Source: Candidatus Cloacimonadales bacterium
Lineage (GTDB): Bacteria > Cloacimonadota > Cloacimonadia > Cloacimonadales > JAFGVF01
DNA: 64,000 nucleotides
NCBI GenBank assembly: GCA_963662585.1
Contig: OY759729.1
Span: 576,001 to 640,000, forward strand
Direction: 5' to 3'
Made by a program: the position numbers and the translations under genes. This document shows positions 9,181 to 19,379 of this stretch, piece by piece. The notes below the pieces were generated by a model. That model worked only from the letters and a program-made list of their open reading frames with translations, was not told the DNA's origin and did no database searches. Position 1 is the first letter of the stretch. Every line of letters starts with the position of its first letter.

Positions 9181-12100
9181 ATGTTAATTACAGATTTATT
9201 TGAAAAAGTAGTTTTAGAATACCCTAAGCGAACTGCAATAATTGATCATAATAGTTCTTTCACTTATGAGGAAGTTAATCAAGAAGCTAATCAGCTAGCT
9301 TCATATTTAATCAAATCAGGACTAAAGCCCAAGCAAGCTGTTGGAGTTTTAGCTTATAGGGATAACAACTACATCATAGCTATTTTGGCTATTTTAAAAG
9401 CCCACTGTTATTATGTTCCTCTCGACCCAAAATATCCTGATGATCGCTTAGATTTTATTATTGAAAACACAGAGATGAAGTTTTTAATTGGTTCATCAGC
9501 TAAACTCAAAGATATACTCAACAATCATGAGAAAAAGAAAATATATATTGATGATCAGAAAGTAGTATTAGAAGCAGAAGACAATTTAATGTTAGATATA
9601 ATACCTAATACCGAGAATATTTATATATTATTTACTTCTGGTTCTACTGGTAAACCTAAAGGTGTTATGGTTAATCATAGAGGAGTAATTAACTTAGTTA
9701 AACATTTCCAAAAAACCTTTAAACCACCTTATGGTAATTATAATGCCTGTCAGAATGCCAGACTTAGCTTTGATGCTTCCACATTGGAGATATGGTATAA
9801 CCTACTTTCTGGAGCTACTCTCTACTTCACTCCTGAAAGTATTCTTTTACAACCACTAAAATTACGAGATTGGATTATTGAAAAAGAGATTCGTGAGATT
9901 CTCTTAGTAACTCCTATTGCTGAGATGCTCTTTGATCAAAAGTTTCCAGCAGACTGCCCTTTTAAGTATCTCCACTTAGGAGGAGATGCCCTGAAGAAAC
10001 TTCCACCAAGAGAATTCAAAGCCCATATTGTTAATGTTTATGGACCAACAGAATGTGCCTGTATTACCCTTTTAGATATCTTTCCTCCAGGATATCGAGG
10101 TGAAATCACTATAGGAAAAGCAATAAGTAATACTAGGACTTATATTTTAAATGAGAACTTAGAAGAAGTGGGAAAAGGTGAGTTAGGAGAACTTTGCCTA
10201 GCTGGTGATAGTGTTGGTAATGGTTATTGGAAATTACCTGAGCAAACAGAATCTGCTTTCGTAAAAAATATGCCTATAAATAAGAGAGTAGGTGAAGAAG
10301 TAATCTACAGAACTGGAGATTTAGTTAAAGAACTTCCTGACGGGAGAGTTGATTTTAGAGGAAGAATTGACTTCCAAGTAAAAATCAGAGGTTTAAGAAT
10401 AGAACTTAACGAGATTGAGAAGATCATTCATTATCATAAAAATATTGACCAAGCAGTGGTCTTGGCTCTTGGTGAAGGAAATGAAAAGTTCTTAGTAAGT
10501 TATTATACCAGTATAGATAAGAAGAGAATTGAGCAAGCAGAGATTGTTGATTTATGTCAACAAGTCTTACCTGATTATATGATTCCTAAGTACTATCTTC
10601 ACCTAGACCAGATTCCCTTGACCTCTAATAATAAGGTAGATAGAAAGGCTCTAGAGTCTTATGAATTACCTAAAGAAGATAAGGCAATAATCAGACCAGA
10701 GAACAAAGTTCAAGCTGAGATATTGGCTATTTGGCAAGAATTCCTGGCTTTCAAGAATATTAGCATAGATGATAATTTCTTCTATATAGGCGGTCACTCT
10801 CTCAAGGCAGCTCAGATAGTTAATGAACTTATATCAATTGGATATTCTTTAGAGTTAACTCAATTCATGACTAACCCCACTATCAAGGAGCTTTCAGAGA
10901 TAATCAAAACCAAAGAAGTGGCTGAAGGTAACATTCCCATAATTGCTCGCAATAAAGAGCATTATCTCATTACTAAAAATCAAGAAGACTTGTGGTATTT
11001 AAGCCACCTCGATGATTCTGAGAGAATTTATAATATCTTTGTTAAGTGTGAATTTATTGATAATATTGATGAGAATATTTTACTGAAGAGTTTAGACTTT
11101 CTAACCAATATTTATGAATCTTTCAAATCTACTTTTAGAGAAATAAACAAAAGAATTTATCAAGTCATTGAGCCGAATTCCCTATTTAACTGCCAAGTAC
11201 TAACTGTTTCGACACAAGAAGAGTTAGATAATCTGATTTATAATATGCAACTTATTCAATTTAAGGCAGATAAAGCACCTCTATACATGATGAATATTGT
11301 AAGATTTGGAAATGAATTACAACTTTTGATGAACATTCATCACTTGATATTTGATGGTTGGTCCATGAAGGTATTCATAGATAAATTAAGTGAGATCTAC
11401 CACCAATTTTCCAACGATAATGCTTCTGTGTTAGAGCTTAAACCATCAATCCAAAACATTGATTTCTCTGAATGGCAAAGAAATAACAATAATTTATTTA
11501 CTGATGACCAAGACTATTGGCAAGAAGAACTTCTTCCCTATCCCCCTGACTTATTCTTGAAGAATAATAGATTTGAACAGAAATATCTCACCCCGAATGG
11601 AGATAGAGTCTGGTTCAAGATTGATAAAGAGCAAGTTACCAAAATCACTACTTTTGCCCAGCAAAACTCAGTTTCCCTATTTTCCCTTCTTCTTACTCTA
11701 TACCAAATCGTTTTAGGAGAAAATTCTAAAAGAAGTGATATAACAGTAGCCTTCCCTTATGCAGGAAGAAAAAGTAAAGAAGAGGAACAATTAATAGGTT
11801 ATTATACCAATATGGTGATTGTTAGAGCCCAAATGTTTAAGAAGGATTTTAAGAAATTACTTACAAGTATTCATAAACAAGTAATGGAGGCTATTTCCCA
11901 TAGTAATAAGCCTTTTGGCGATGTTGTAAAAAGCTTTCATCTCCCTCTTGATAAATCTAAAACACCACTTTACCAAGCAATTTTTGTTATGCAAAACTGG
12001 CACGGATCTCCTTCAGATTCTATTATTAAATCTGAAAAAGAATTAGGTACAAGAACTTCTAAAACAGATATCACTCTTAACGCTGAAGAAATTGAAACAG

Positions 12101-15100
12101 GTATGGAGTTCTGGTTAGAATACAATACAGATTTCTATACTAAAGACTTTATCAAAGGAATTCAAGAGAATTTCTTAGAGCTTATAGATAAGCTTAATCC
12201 TCCAATTATTGAATCTAATTACAAGACTTGTTTTATTCTAACCGAAACTAGTCTAGGTATTAAATGCGCTGAGATGCTACTTGCTCAGAACTTTCATATT
12301 TATGCTATAATATCACCTAATGAACAGGTTATAAACTGGGCAAAGACTAAAGGTATATATTCCGATAATCTCAATAAGAATGAAATTAAAGAACTCCTTG
12401 CCAGCTATTCTTACGAATATCTTTTTAGTATCGTAAACAGTATTGTTTTAGATAAAGATATCCTTGCTACTCCAATAAAATCAGCAATCAATTATCACGA
12501 TTCACTTTTACCAAAATATGCTGGACTCTACGCTACTTTTTGGGCATTAATCAATGATGAAAAGAAACATGGAATTACTTGGCACTTAGTTGATGAAGGA
12601 ATAGATACAGGTAAAATACTAAGCCAAGCAGAAGTTGATATAGACCAAGAAGATACTTCATCTTCTCTTAACATGAAATGCTATGAAGCAGCTATTAAAT
12701 CTTTCCCTGAAATGCTTAAACTACTTTCTGAAGACATTTCAAAACTTCAAGAACAAGATTTTGCCAAAAGAAGCTATTTCGGAGCAAGCTATCGTAGGGA
12801 AGATTCTTGCAGTATTTGCTCTAAAAGATCAATAGATGATTGTGAAAGATTATATCGAGCTTCAGATTTTGGAGATAGCGAGAATCCAGTAACTAATTTG
12901 AAAGTTAAAATTGATAAAGAATTTTATATTATCAAAAGTGCTCAATTTACTAAGAAAAATAGTGATAATCAATTCGCTTTAGCAGTAAAAGAGAATAACC
13001 TAGAGATAAGTCTTGCTGGGAGTAAAATCATTGCTAATCAGATTGTTAATCTAATGGGTGAAGCTATTGAGATTAATAATCTTAGTAAGTTCACTAACTG
13101 GCAGTCCCCAACTCAAGATGATCTAGATAAGTATTCATTGGGAGTTAAAAATGAGACCTATTGGCTTAATCAGCTAACAAACTATATTCCACTAGAGCTA
13201 CCTATTCATCAAAAAAAGACAAGTGATAATAACCCTAATCTAGATATTAATAACCCAGATTTAGCCATATTCATTTGCTTCTTAGCTCGTCTATCTACTC
13301 AAAGTAAATTCTCAGTTGTAATCAAAATAAATGATTCTCATACTTTGTTAATGGAATCAGTACCTTTGAATATAAGAGTTGATTTTAATCTCACCCTCAA
13401 AGAGAACATTGCTCTTATTGAAAGACGAATTAGCAGATTAAAAAAGAAAGCAAGTCTATTAAAAAGCCTCTTTTATCGCTACCCACAATACAGTCACTAC
13501 AAGACTATTTTATCAACTTTTGAAGTTATTGATGATGATGAACTATTCCAAGCTTTTAAATCAAACTTACAAGCTGAGCAACTTCTGCAAGATGTGTTGC
13601 TTATTCCTCAAAATGAATTAGCTAAAATTAATGAGTGGAACTCTCTTAGTTTTCCTCTTCCTAAGAATAAATCATATATTAATCTCTTTAAAGAATCAGT
13701 ATCAAATCACCCTACTAATATTGCTGTTGAATATGCTGATAAGAAACTTACTTACAGGGAATTAGATGATCTCTCAGACAAATTAGGCAACTATATCTAT
13801 AATGAATACGGAAGAGATCAATTTATTGCCATCTCCACAGAAAGATGTATTGAGATGGTTGTTATAATCTTAGCTATTATGAAGAGTGGTAATGCCTATC
13901 TTCCTATAGACCCAACTTATCCTCCCGAGAGAATTAAGCATATACTTGAAAATTCAAAATGCAAAACTATATTTTCAGATACCAAATACTTATCTATGAC
14001 TAATCTGCAAACCATTCCAATTACTCAATATACTCAATATCAATCTTCTAAAGCTACGAATATTAATATTTCCCCAAATGATTTAGCTTACATTATTTAT
14101 ACTTCAGGCTCAACAGGGAAACCTAAAGGAGTCATGGTAAATCATGCAAATCTAATAAATCACAACCTAATCGTTAAAGAAAGATATAATATCACGACCA
14201 AAGATAGAGTATTACAGTTTGCATCTATTAGTTTTGATATATCAGTAGAAGAAATGTTCCCTTGTTGGTTAGCTGGTGCTAGTCTTGTTCTCAGAAGTAA
14301 TGACATCAATAAATCAGCTTCCCAATTTTTAGAATTCATAAATACTCATAATATTACTATTTTAAATCTTCCTACTGCTTTCTGGCATCAAATTACTAAA
14401 ACTCTACCTCAAGAAAAGATACCTGAAATTGTTAAGACAGTTATTATTGGTGGAGAGAAAGCATCTGTTGAAATCTATCAACACTGGCAACAGTTTGCAC
14501 CTCAGACCATAACTCTTTTTAATACCTACGGACCTACTGAAGCAACTATTATTGCAACAATAGATGAAGGGATTGATGATAGTATTGGCAAAACCATGCC
14601 CAACACTTCTATACTTATTTTAGATAGATTCTTAAAGCCAACTCCACTTGGAATAGCTGCTTCGATTTATATCGGAGGAAAAGGTGTTACTCCAGGTTAT
14701 TTCGATAATGAGAAGCTGACTGAAGAAAAATTCATAAGGACCAATGAATACGGAAGAATCTATTCTACTGGAGATGTAGGACTCTTTTATCCCAGCGGAA
14801 AAATTAAATTCTTAGGCCGAGATGATGATCAAATTAAGCTTCATGGCTACAGAATCGAGTTATCAGAGATAGAGAATAGTATTATTCAAAATAGCAGTTT
14901 AACAACAGTTTTTGCCGATGTTAGAGGTAAAGAGAATAGTAGAAAGATCTATCTCTATTATCAAAGTAATTCCGATATTTCCCAAGAGTTTTTCACATCC
15001 TTGGCAAAAAAGTATCTTCCAGACTATATGATTCCTGCTGAATATATTAGAATAACAGAATTACCTTTAAACCCTAATGGTAAAATTGATAAGAAGCTTT

Positions 15101-16176
15101 TACCTGAACCAGAAATTAAAGAAAACACTATTAATCTCCAAGCTTATAATCTATATGAATTAAAAATACTTCCTCTCTTTCGGGAAGTATTAGGGAAACA
15201 GATTTCTTTTGAAGACAATTTCTTCAAAGAAGGAGGAGACTCTTTAAAAGCTATTGAGTTAATAGTCTCTTTAGAAAAAGCTCTTGATATGAAGATTAAC
15301 TCTTCCACCTTGTATCAGCATTCTACTGTCAGAGAATTATCAAGATACTTGTTAGAAGACAAACAAGCAGACTTTTCTATTATAACTCCTCTTCAGAAAG
15401 GGGATTCAAGCTATAAACCACTCTTTCTAACTCATACTACTCCTGGAGATGTTCTAGGCTATGTTAATCTTATACATGCCTTGAAAGATGAAATTCCTGT
15501 ATATGGAATTCAATCAGCTGGACTTAGTGGTGATGAATGCCATACCTGCTTCCAAGATATGGTGAATAAGTATGTTGATGAAATATTAGAGATACAAACT
15601 GAAGGACCTTTCCACATCGGTGGCTGGTGTTATGGTGGAGTTCTTGCTTTTGAAATAGGAGTTGAGCTTAAAAGACGAAACTATGACAATATAAACTTAT
15701 ATCTAATTGAAACCTGGGGACGCCCCAACACTAAATTCAGAAAGATTACTTATCAATTAAGAAGATTATTTTATGCTGTAATTTTAGGACCTAAATTCTG
15801 GAAGAGTTATTTAAAAACCAAATTAAGCAATTTCTCAAATATCCACAAGGTACTAGAAGAAGATTTTATTGATAATATTACAGAGACCTTAGGTGGAAAA
15901 TCTCAAGCTGAAATTGATAAACTTAAGCTCATCTATCGCTTCAATATCAATGCCTTAAATAATCATGTTATGTCTAATTTCCTTGGAAGTATTAACCTCT
16001 TTTTGGCTGAAGAACCACTCGAAGGATTAATTCCTGATCCTAAGTATGGCTGGACAGGAATGACTTCTAAAATCAATTTCTTCCCAGTAAAAGGTTCTCA
16101 TACAACAGTATTAAAACATCCTTATGTTGAAGATATATCTCAAGTAATCTCTAAAATGTTGGTAGGTAAGAATTGA
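9181..16176 (+). CDS. Non-ribosomal peptide synthetase A-T-C-F-(C remnant)-A-T-TE
   Basis: Two A domains (TSGSTGKPKG, YGPTE, TGD, KIRGLRIEL/KLHGYRIEL), T motifs GGHSL and GGDSL, C motif HHLIFDG, formyltransferase INYHDSLLP...DEGIDTG, TE GWCYG; ATG 9181 follows a purine-rich RBS. Confidence 0.95.
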   Translation: MLITDLFEKVVLEYPKRTAIIDHNSSFTYEEVNQEANQLASYLIKSGLKPKQAVGVLAYRDNNYIIAILAILKAHCYYVPLDPKYPDDRLDFIIENTEMKFLIGSSAKLKDILNNHEKKKIYIDDQKVVLEAEDNLMLDIIPNTENIYILFTSGSTGKPKGVMVNHRGVINLVKHFQKTFKPPYGNYNACQNARLSFDASTLEIWYNLLSGATLYFTPESILLQPLKLRDWIIEKEIREILLVTPIAEMLFDQKFPADCPFKYLHLGGDALKKLPPREFKAHIVNVYGPTECACITLLDIFPPGYRGEITIGKAISNTRTYILNENLEEVGKGELGELCLAGDSVGNGYWKLPEQTESAFVKNMPINKRVGEEVIYRTGDLVKELPDGRVDFRGRIDFQVKIRGLRIELNEIEKIIHYHKNIDQAVVLALGEGNEKFLVSYYTSIDKKRIEQAEIVDLCQQVLPDYMIPKYYLHLDQIPLTSNNKVDRKALESYELPKEDKAIIRPENKVQAEILAIWQEFLAFKNISIDDNFFYIGGHSLKAAQIVNELISIGYSLELTQFMTNPTIKELSEIIKTKEVAEGNIPIIARNKEHYLITKNQEDLWYLSHLDDSERIYNIFVKCEFIDNIDENILLKSLDFLTNIYESFKSTFREINKRIYQVIEPNSLFNCQVLTVSTQEELDNLIYNMQLIQFKADKAPLYMMNIVRFGNELQLLMNIHHLIFDGWSMKVFIDKLSEIYHQFSNDNASVLELKPSIQNIDFSEWQRNNNNLFTDDQDYWQEELLPYPPDLFLKNNRFEQKYLTPNGDRVWFKIDKEQVTKITTFAQQNSVSLFSLLLTLYQIVLGENSKRSDITVAFPYAGRKSKEEEQLIGYYTNMVIVRAQMFKKDFKKLLTSIHKQVMEAISHSNKPFGDVVKSFHLPLDKSKTPLYQAIFVMQNWHGSPSDSIIKSEKELGTRTSKTDITLNAEEIETGMEFWLEYNTDFYTKDFIKGIQENFLELIDKLNPPIIESNYKTCFILTETSLGIKCAEMLLAQNFHIYAIISPNEQVINWAKTKGIYSDNLNKNEIKELLASYSYEYLFSIVNSIVLDKDILATPIKSAINYHDSLLPKYAGLYATFWALINDEKKHGITWHLVDEGIDTGKILSQAEVDIDQEDTSSSLNMKCYEAAIKSFPEMLKLLSEDISKLQEQDFAKRSYFGASYRREDSCSICSKRSIDDCERLYRASDFGDSENPVTNLKVKIDKEFYIIKSAQFTKKNSDNQFALAVKENNLEISLAGSKIIANQIVNLMGEAIEINNLSKFTNWQSPTQDDLDKYSLGVKNETYWLNQLTNYIPLELPIHQKKTSDNNPNLDINNPDLAIFICFLARLSTQSKFSVVIKINDSHTLLMESVPLNIRVDFNLTLKENIALIERRISRLKKKASLLKSLFYRYPQYSHYKTILSTFEVIDDDELFQAFKSNLQAEQLLQDVLLIPQNELAKINEWNSLSFPLPKNKSYINLFKESVSNHPTNIAVEYADKKLTYRELDDLSDKLGNYIYNEYGRDQFIAISTERCIEMVVIILAIMKSGNAYLPIDPTYPPERIKHILENSKCKTIFSDTKYLSMTNLQTIPITQYTQYQSSKATNINISPNDLAYIIYTSGSTGKPKGVMVNHANLINHNLIVKERYNITTKDRVLQFASISFDISVEEMFPCWLAGASLVLRSNDINKSASQFLEFINTHNITILNLPTAFWHQITKTLPQEKIPEIVKTVIIGGEKASVEIYQHWQQFAPQTITLFNTYGPTEATIIATIDEGIDDSIGKTMPNTSILILDRFLKPTPLGIAASIYIGGKGVTPGYFDNEKLTEEKFIRTNEYGRIYSTGDVGLFYPSGKIKFLGRDDDQIKLHGYRIELSEIENSIIQNSSLTTVFADVRGKENSRKIYLYYQSNSDISQEFFTSLAKKYLPDYMIPAEYIRITELPLNPNGKIDKKLLPEPEIKENTINLQAYNLYELKILPLFREVLGKQISFEDNFFKEGGDSLKAIELIVSLEKALDMKINSSTLYQHSTVRELSRYLLEDKQADFSIITPLQKGDSSYKPLFLTHTTPGDVLGYVNLIHALKDEIPVYGIQSAGLSGDECHTCFQDMVNKYVDEILEIQTEGPFHIGGWCYGGVLAFEIGVELKRRNYDNINLYLIETWGRPNTKFRKITYQLRRLFYAVILGPKFWKSYLKTKLSNFSNIHKVLEEDFIDNITETLGGKSQAEIDKLKLIYRFNINALNNHVMSNFLGSINLFLAEEPLEGLIPDPKYGWTGMTSKINFFPVKGSHTTVLKHPYVEDISQVISKMLVGKN

Positions 16177-16179
16177 GTA

Positions 16180-16428
16180 GGGGCCTATGGACTGGGGACC
16201 TCCGTGTCGCCAGAAAAGGTAAGAAGCAGGGGCCTATGGACTGGGGACCTCCGTGTCGCCAGAAAAGATAAGAGCAGGCTGAAATACAGCCTGATGGAAG
16301 CAGGGACGCTTCCATTCCATAGAAGAAAACACCCCGTCTGCTTCGCAGCCACCCCTCTTTTAGCGTGCTTTCAGCACTAAAGAGGGGAGTTTAAGATTCA
16401 CGGACTAAAGGTCCGTAACCCCAGTTAA
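16180..16428. repeat. REP/BIME-like palindromic mosaic 3
   Basis: 16223-16428 is the near-exact reverse complement of 28875-29080; lies between convergent genes. Confidence 0.9.
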
Positions 16429-16434
16429 GGGAAT

Positions 16435-17562
16435 CTATATATTATTAATTGGGATTATTACTGAAAATAGGGTACCAGATTCTTTATCTGATTGAACAGT
16501 TACTTTACCATGCAGATAATTTTCAGTAATCATCTTGATACTATAAGTCCCTAAACCTCTATTGTTACCTTTGGTAGAGAATGTACGGTGGAAAAGCTGA
16601 AGTCTGATATCGCTAGGTATATATTTCATATTATGTACGGAGAATAAGACAGAAACATCATTGAGATTTTTGCAAGAAATATTAATAACATCGCCATTAG
16701 TTGATGCTTCAATAGCATTTTTTAGCATATTTATCAACACTCTTTTTAGAAGTACTGAATCAGTATTTAAAGTAATATGTTCCACTGATTTAGTAATTTT
16801 TATATCAGTTCCAATTATGTAGTGCTTGCTAGTATTAATGACTTCATCAACAATAGTCCTACTATCTGCTTTTATTGAATTAGGCTCCCACTCTCCTAGT
16901 TCGGCTTTTCTTATCTCTTGCTGAGCAGAAATTTCTTCAATCAATTGATGAGCAGTGGGGATTAGTAATTGAATCAACTCATCTTTCATTTCTGGATCAT
17001 CCTCATCGCTAATTAATTCGGTATTAGATACTATCGCTGCTGCTGTATTTCGGATATCATGGAGAAAGGTCTTTTCAATGAAGAGAGATCTATTCTGAGC
17101 ACTTATATCTAAAATTGAAAAGAGAGTTAAGTCTTCAGAATCTACCGTCAATGGAGAAGAAGAAACTTCCAAATCAAAAGCACTTATCTGTTCTTCTTTA
17201 TTAACTAACAAACGACACTCTTGTACATCTTTAAGCCCAAAATGAGAGTTTCTGATCGATTTTAAAGCACCGCAATATTGACAAAAATCAGAATTTCCAC
17301 ACCCAGCATCATCTAACCAAGCATGCTGGCAAGAGAACAACTCCCCAGGCCTTAGACCTAATATTTGAAATTTATCCTCGACATGTAAATCCTTGCCAAG
17401 TTTAGCATTAAAATATACAGTTTGCCGAGTTTTATTAAGGATTAATATCCATATAGGAAGGTCATTTATTATAGCAAGAAGTTCTTTATGTTCAGATATT
17501 ATATCATGAACCCTTTGAATCTCTTCCTTATCTACTCTGTCTCTGAAATCATATTCTGTCAT
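16435..17562 (-). CDS. Cytoplasmic PAS-like/Cys-rich sensor histidine kinase
   Basis: RPGELFSCQHA...GCG...CQYCGA Cys cluster; H-box FLHDIRN; NMLKNAIEAS; FSTKG..RGLGTY; no TM segment. Confidence 0.85.
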   Translation of the reverse strand: MTEYDFRDRVDKEEIQRVHDIISEHKELLAIINDLPIWILILNKTRQTVYFNAKLGKDLHVEDKFQILGLRPGELFSCQHAWLDDAGCGNSDFCQYCGALKSIRNSHFGLKDVQECRLLVNKEEQISAFDLEVSSSPLTVDSEDLTLFSILDISAQNRSLFIEKTFLHDIRNTAAAIVSNTELISDEDDPEMKDELIQLLIPTAHQLIEEISAQQEIRKAELGEWEPNSIKADSRTIVDEVINTSKHYIIGTDIKITKSVEHITLNTDSVLLKRVLINMLKNAIEASTNGDVINISCKNLNDVSVLFSVHNMKYIPSDIRLQLFHRTFSTKGNNRGLGTYSIKMITENYLHGKVTVQSDKESGTLFSVIIPINNI

Positions 17563-17592
17563 TGTTACCTCTTTTTTAGGTTATATAATTTT

Positions 17593-18354
17593 TTATGGAG
17601 TAATAAAACCTATCAATTCCTTACTGCTTAAATCAGGATTTAAAATTTGAATAGTTCTCTTACTAACAGGTCCTTTAGACTTATGATTATGAATATTATA
17701 AACTGAAATACCCATGATGATATCAACTTTAGTAGTAAATAATACAAATGTAGATGATATATTACTAATCTCAGGGATATTTTCAACCCAAGTTATATTA
17801 GGATAATTGCCTTTGGCCAAATCATAAGAATTAAACTGCAATTCTTTCATTTTCATTTGTAGCCCTTTTCCTAGAACTTTAGTTAATGACTCTTTAACAG
17901 TCCAAAAGATTAAGGCCCTATACTCCTTATCAATGTTTGGAAAACTATCGATGTACTCTATCTCTTTGGGAGTGCAGAAAGATTCCAAAAAAGAGTTTAG
18001 CTTGGGGATATACTTTACAACTTCTATGTCAATACCAATTTTTTCTGTAAATGATATAGCTAATGCCAGCCAATTTTCTGAATAAGAGACATTGAAGTAT
18101 AATCTTTCTTCTTCTTCATCAACTTTGCCAAATTCATTAAACTTATATTTTATATCCTGAGCATCACAATCTAAGATTCTAGAAAGAACTATTCTTCTCA
18201 GCATAAAGGATAATAGCTTATAGCTATCCTTGGGAGATGAGTATCTTTTAGCTTGTCTTCTCTCTTCAAAAGTTGAGTATTTCTCAATTTCTTCTAAGAG
18301 ATAATCATATCTTTTTAAATCAAATAAATATAAGATAATATCTTGAGTACCCAT
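17593..18354 (-). CDS. Sfp-type 4'-phosphopantetheinyl transferase
   Basis: FNVSYS, IGIDIE and FWTVKESLTK..GKGL motifs; probable start ATG 18354 after AAGGGAG; next to the NRPS. Confidence 0.85.
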   Translation of the reverse strand: MGTQDIILYLFDLKRYDYLLEEIEKYSTFEERRQAKRYSSPKDSYKLLSFMLRRIVLSRILDCDAQDIKYKFNEFGKVDEEEERLYFNVSYSENWLALAISFTEKIGIDIEVVKYIPKLNSFLESFCTPKEIEYIDSFPNIDKEYRALIFWTVKESLTKVLGKGLQMKMKELQFNSYDLAKGNYPNITWVENIPEISNISSTFVLFTTKVDIIMGISVYNIHNHKSKGPVSKRTIQILNPDLSSKELIGFITP

Positions 18355-18421
18355 TTTCTCCCTTAAACTTTTACTCTTATTTGGTTTAGCTCTGAAAGAA
18401 TGCAAAGACAAGACTCACCAT

Positions 18422-18570
18422 ATCCCCCTCCGTGAGGGGGACACAGGGGGTGTTTCCTTTATAATCCCCTCCGTGAGGGGGACACAGGGGGTGTTTCCTT
18501 TATAATCCCCTTCAATGAGGGGGAAACAGGAGGTGCATCCTTTATAATCCCCCTCACGGAGGGGGATTTA
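18422..18570. repeat. Tandem array of 41-42 bp hairpin units (3 full copies plus a terminal hairpin)
   Basis: ATCCCCCTCCGTGAGGGGGACACAGGGGGTGTTTCCTTTATA unit; same family as the modules near 1062 and 4331. Confidence 0.9.
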
Positions 18571-18645
18571 AAAGCTTTTTTATACATTCTTTAAATTATT
18601 ATCAAGATACCTTTCTTAAGGAATTTCTTATTTCTGAAGAAAGAA

Positions 18646-19377
18646 TTACCAACTACCTGATGCTCCACCACCGCCGAAGCCACCGCCTCCGCCTGAGAAG
18701 CCACCACCACCGAAACCACCACCGAAGCCACTTCCGCCACGGCCACCTCTTCCGCCACCCATTAAGGAGCCAAAGAGTAATAATGGGAATAATCTTCCTC
18801 TAAACAAGATAGATATAATAATCAAAAAGATGATATAACCAATAGAGGAACCTTTCTTTTCGCTTTCTCGAGAGCGTCTAAGATCTTGTTGAGAAATAGT
18901 AGTTTTACCTGTCATTACATTATTTACAGTAATTAAACCAGCTTTAACTCCAGCAAAATAGCCTCCACTACGGAAATTAGGGATAATATCTTTTCTTATG
19001 ATATATCCACTTACACCATCAGTAAGTTTATGTTCTAAACCATAACCTACTTCTATCCTAACATCTCTTTCATTAGGAGCAACAAGTAAGATTAAGCCAT
19101 TATCGCTTGCTTTTGAACCTATCTTCCACTCTTCAGCCAATCTAATAGTATAATCTTCTACAGCATAACCGTCGAGTGATTTAACAGTAACAACAACAGC
19201 TTGAATTTCAGAATCTTTTTCTAAACCTACTAACAAGGCAGTAAGTTGATTCTCTTCAGAATTACTAAAGATATTTGCTTGATCAACAACTCTTCCTGTT
19301 AATTTAGGAAAAGAAAGTGCGGATAAGGAGACTACTAAACCAAGGATAGAGATAATTATTACTATTTTCTTAAACAT
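18646..19377 (-). CDS. TPM domain (YgcG-like) membrane protein with Gly-rich tail
   Basis: GRVVDQANIF, RIEVGYGLE..LTD and C-terminal FSGGGGGFGGGGASGSW. Confidence 0.93.
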   Translation of the reverse strand: MFKKIVIIISILGLVVSLSALSFPKLTGRVVDQANIFSNSEENQLTALLVGLEKDSEIQAVVVTVKSLDGYAVEDYTIRLAEEWKIGSKASDNGLILLVAPNERDVRIEVGYGLEHKLTDGVSGYIIRKDIIPNFRSGGYFAGVKAGLITVNNVMTGKTTISQQDLRRSRESEKKGSSIGYIIFLIIISILFRGRLFPLLLFGSLMGGGRGGRGGSGFGGGFGGGGFSGGGGGFGGGGASGSW

Positions 19378-19379
19378 CT

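Noticed and set aside
18422..18570. Possible mini-CRISPR
   Set aside because: Units are directly tandem with no unique spacers
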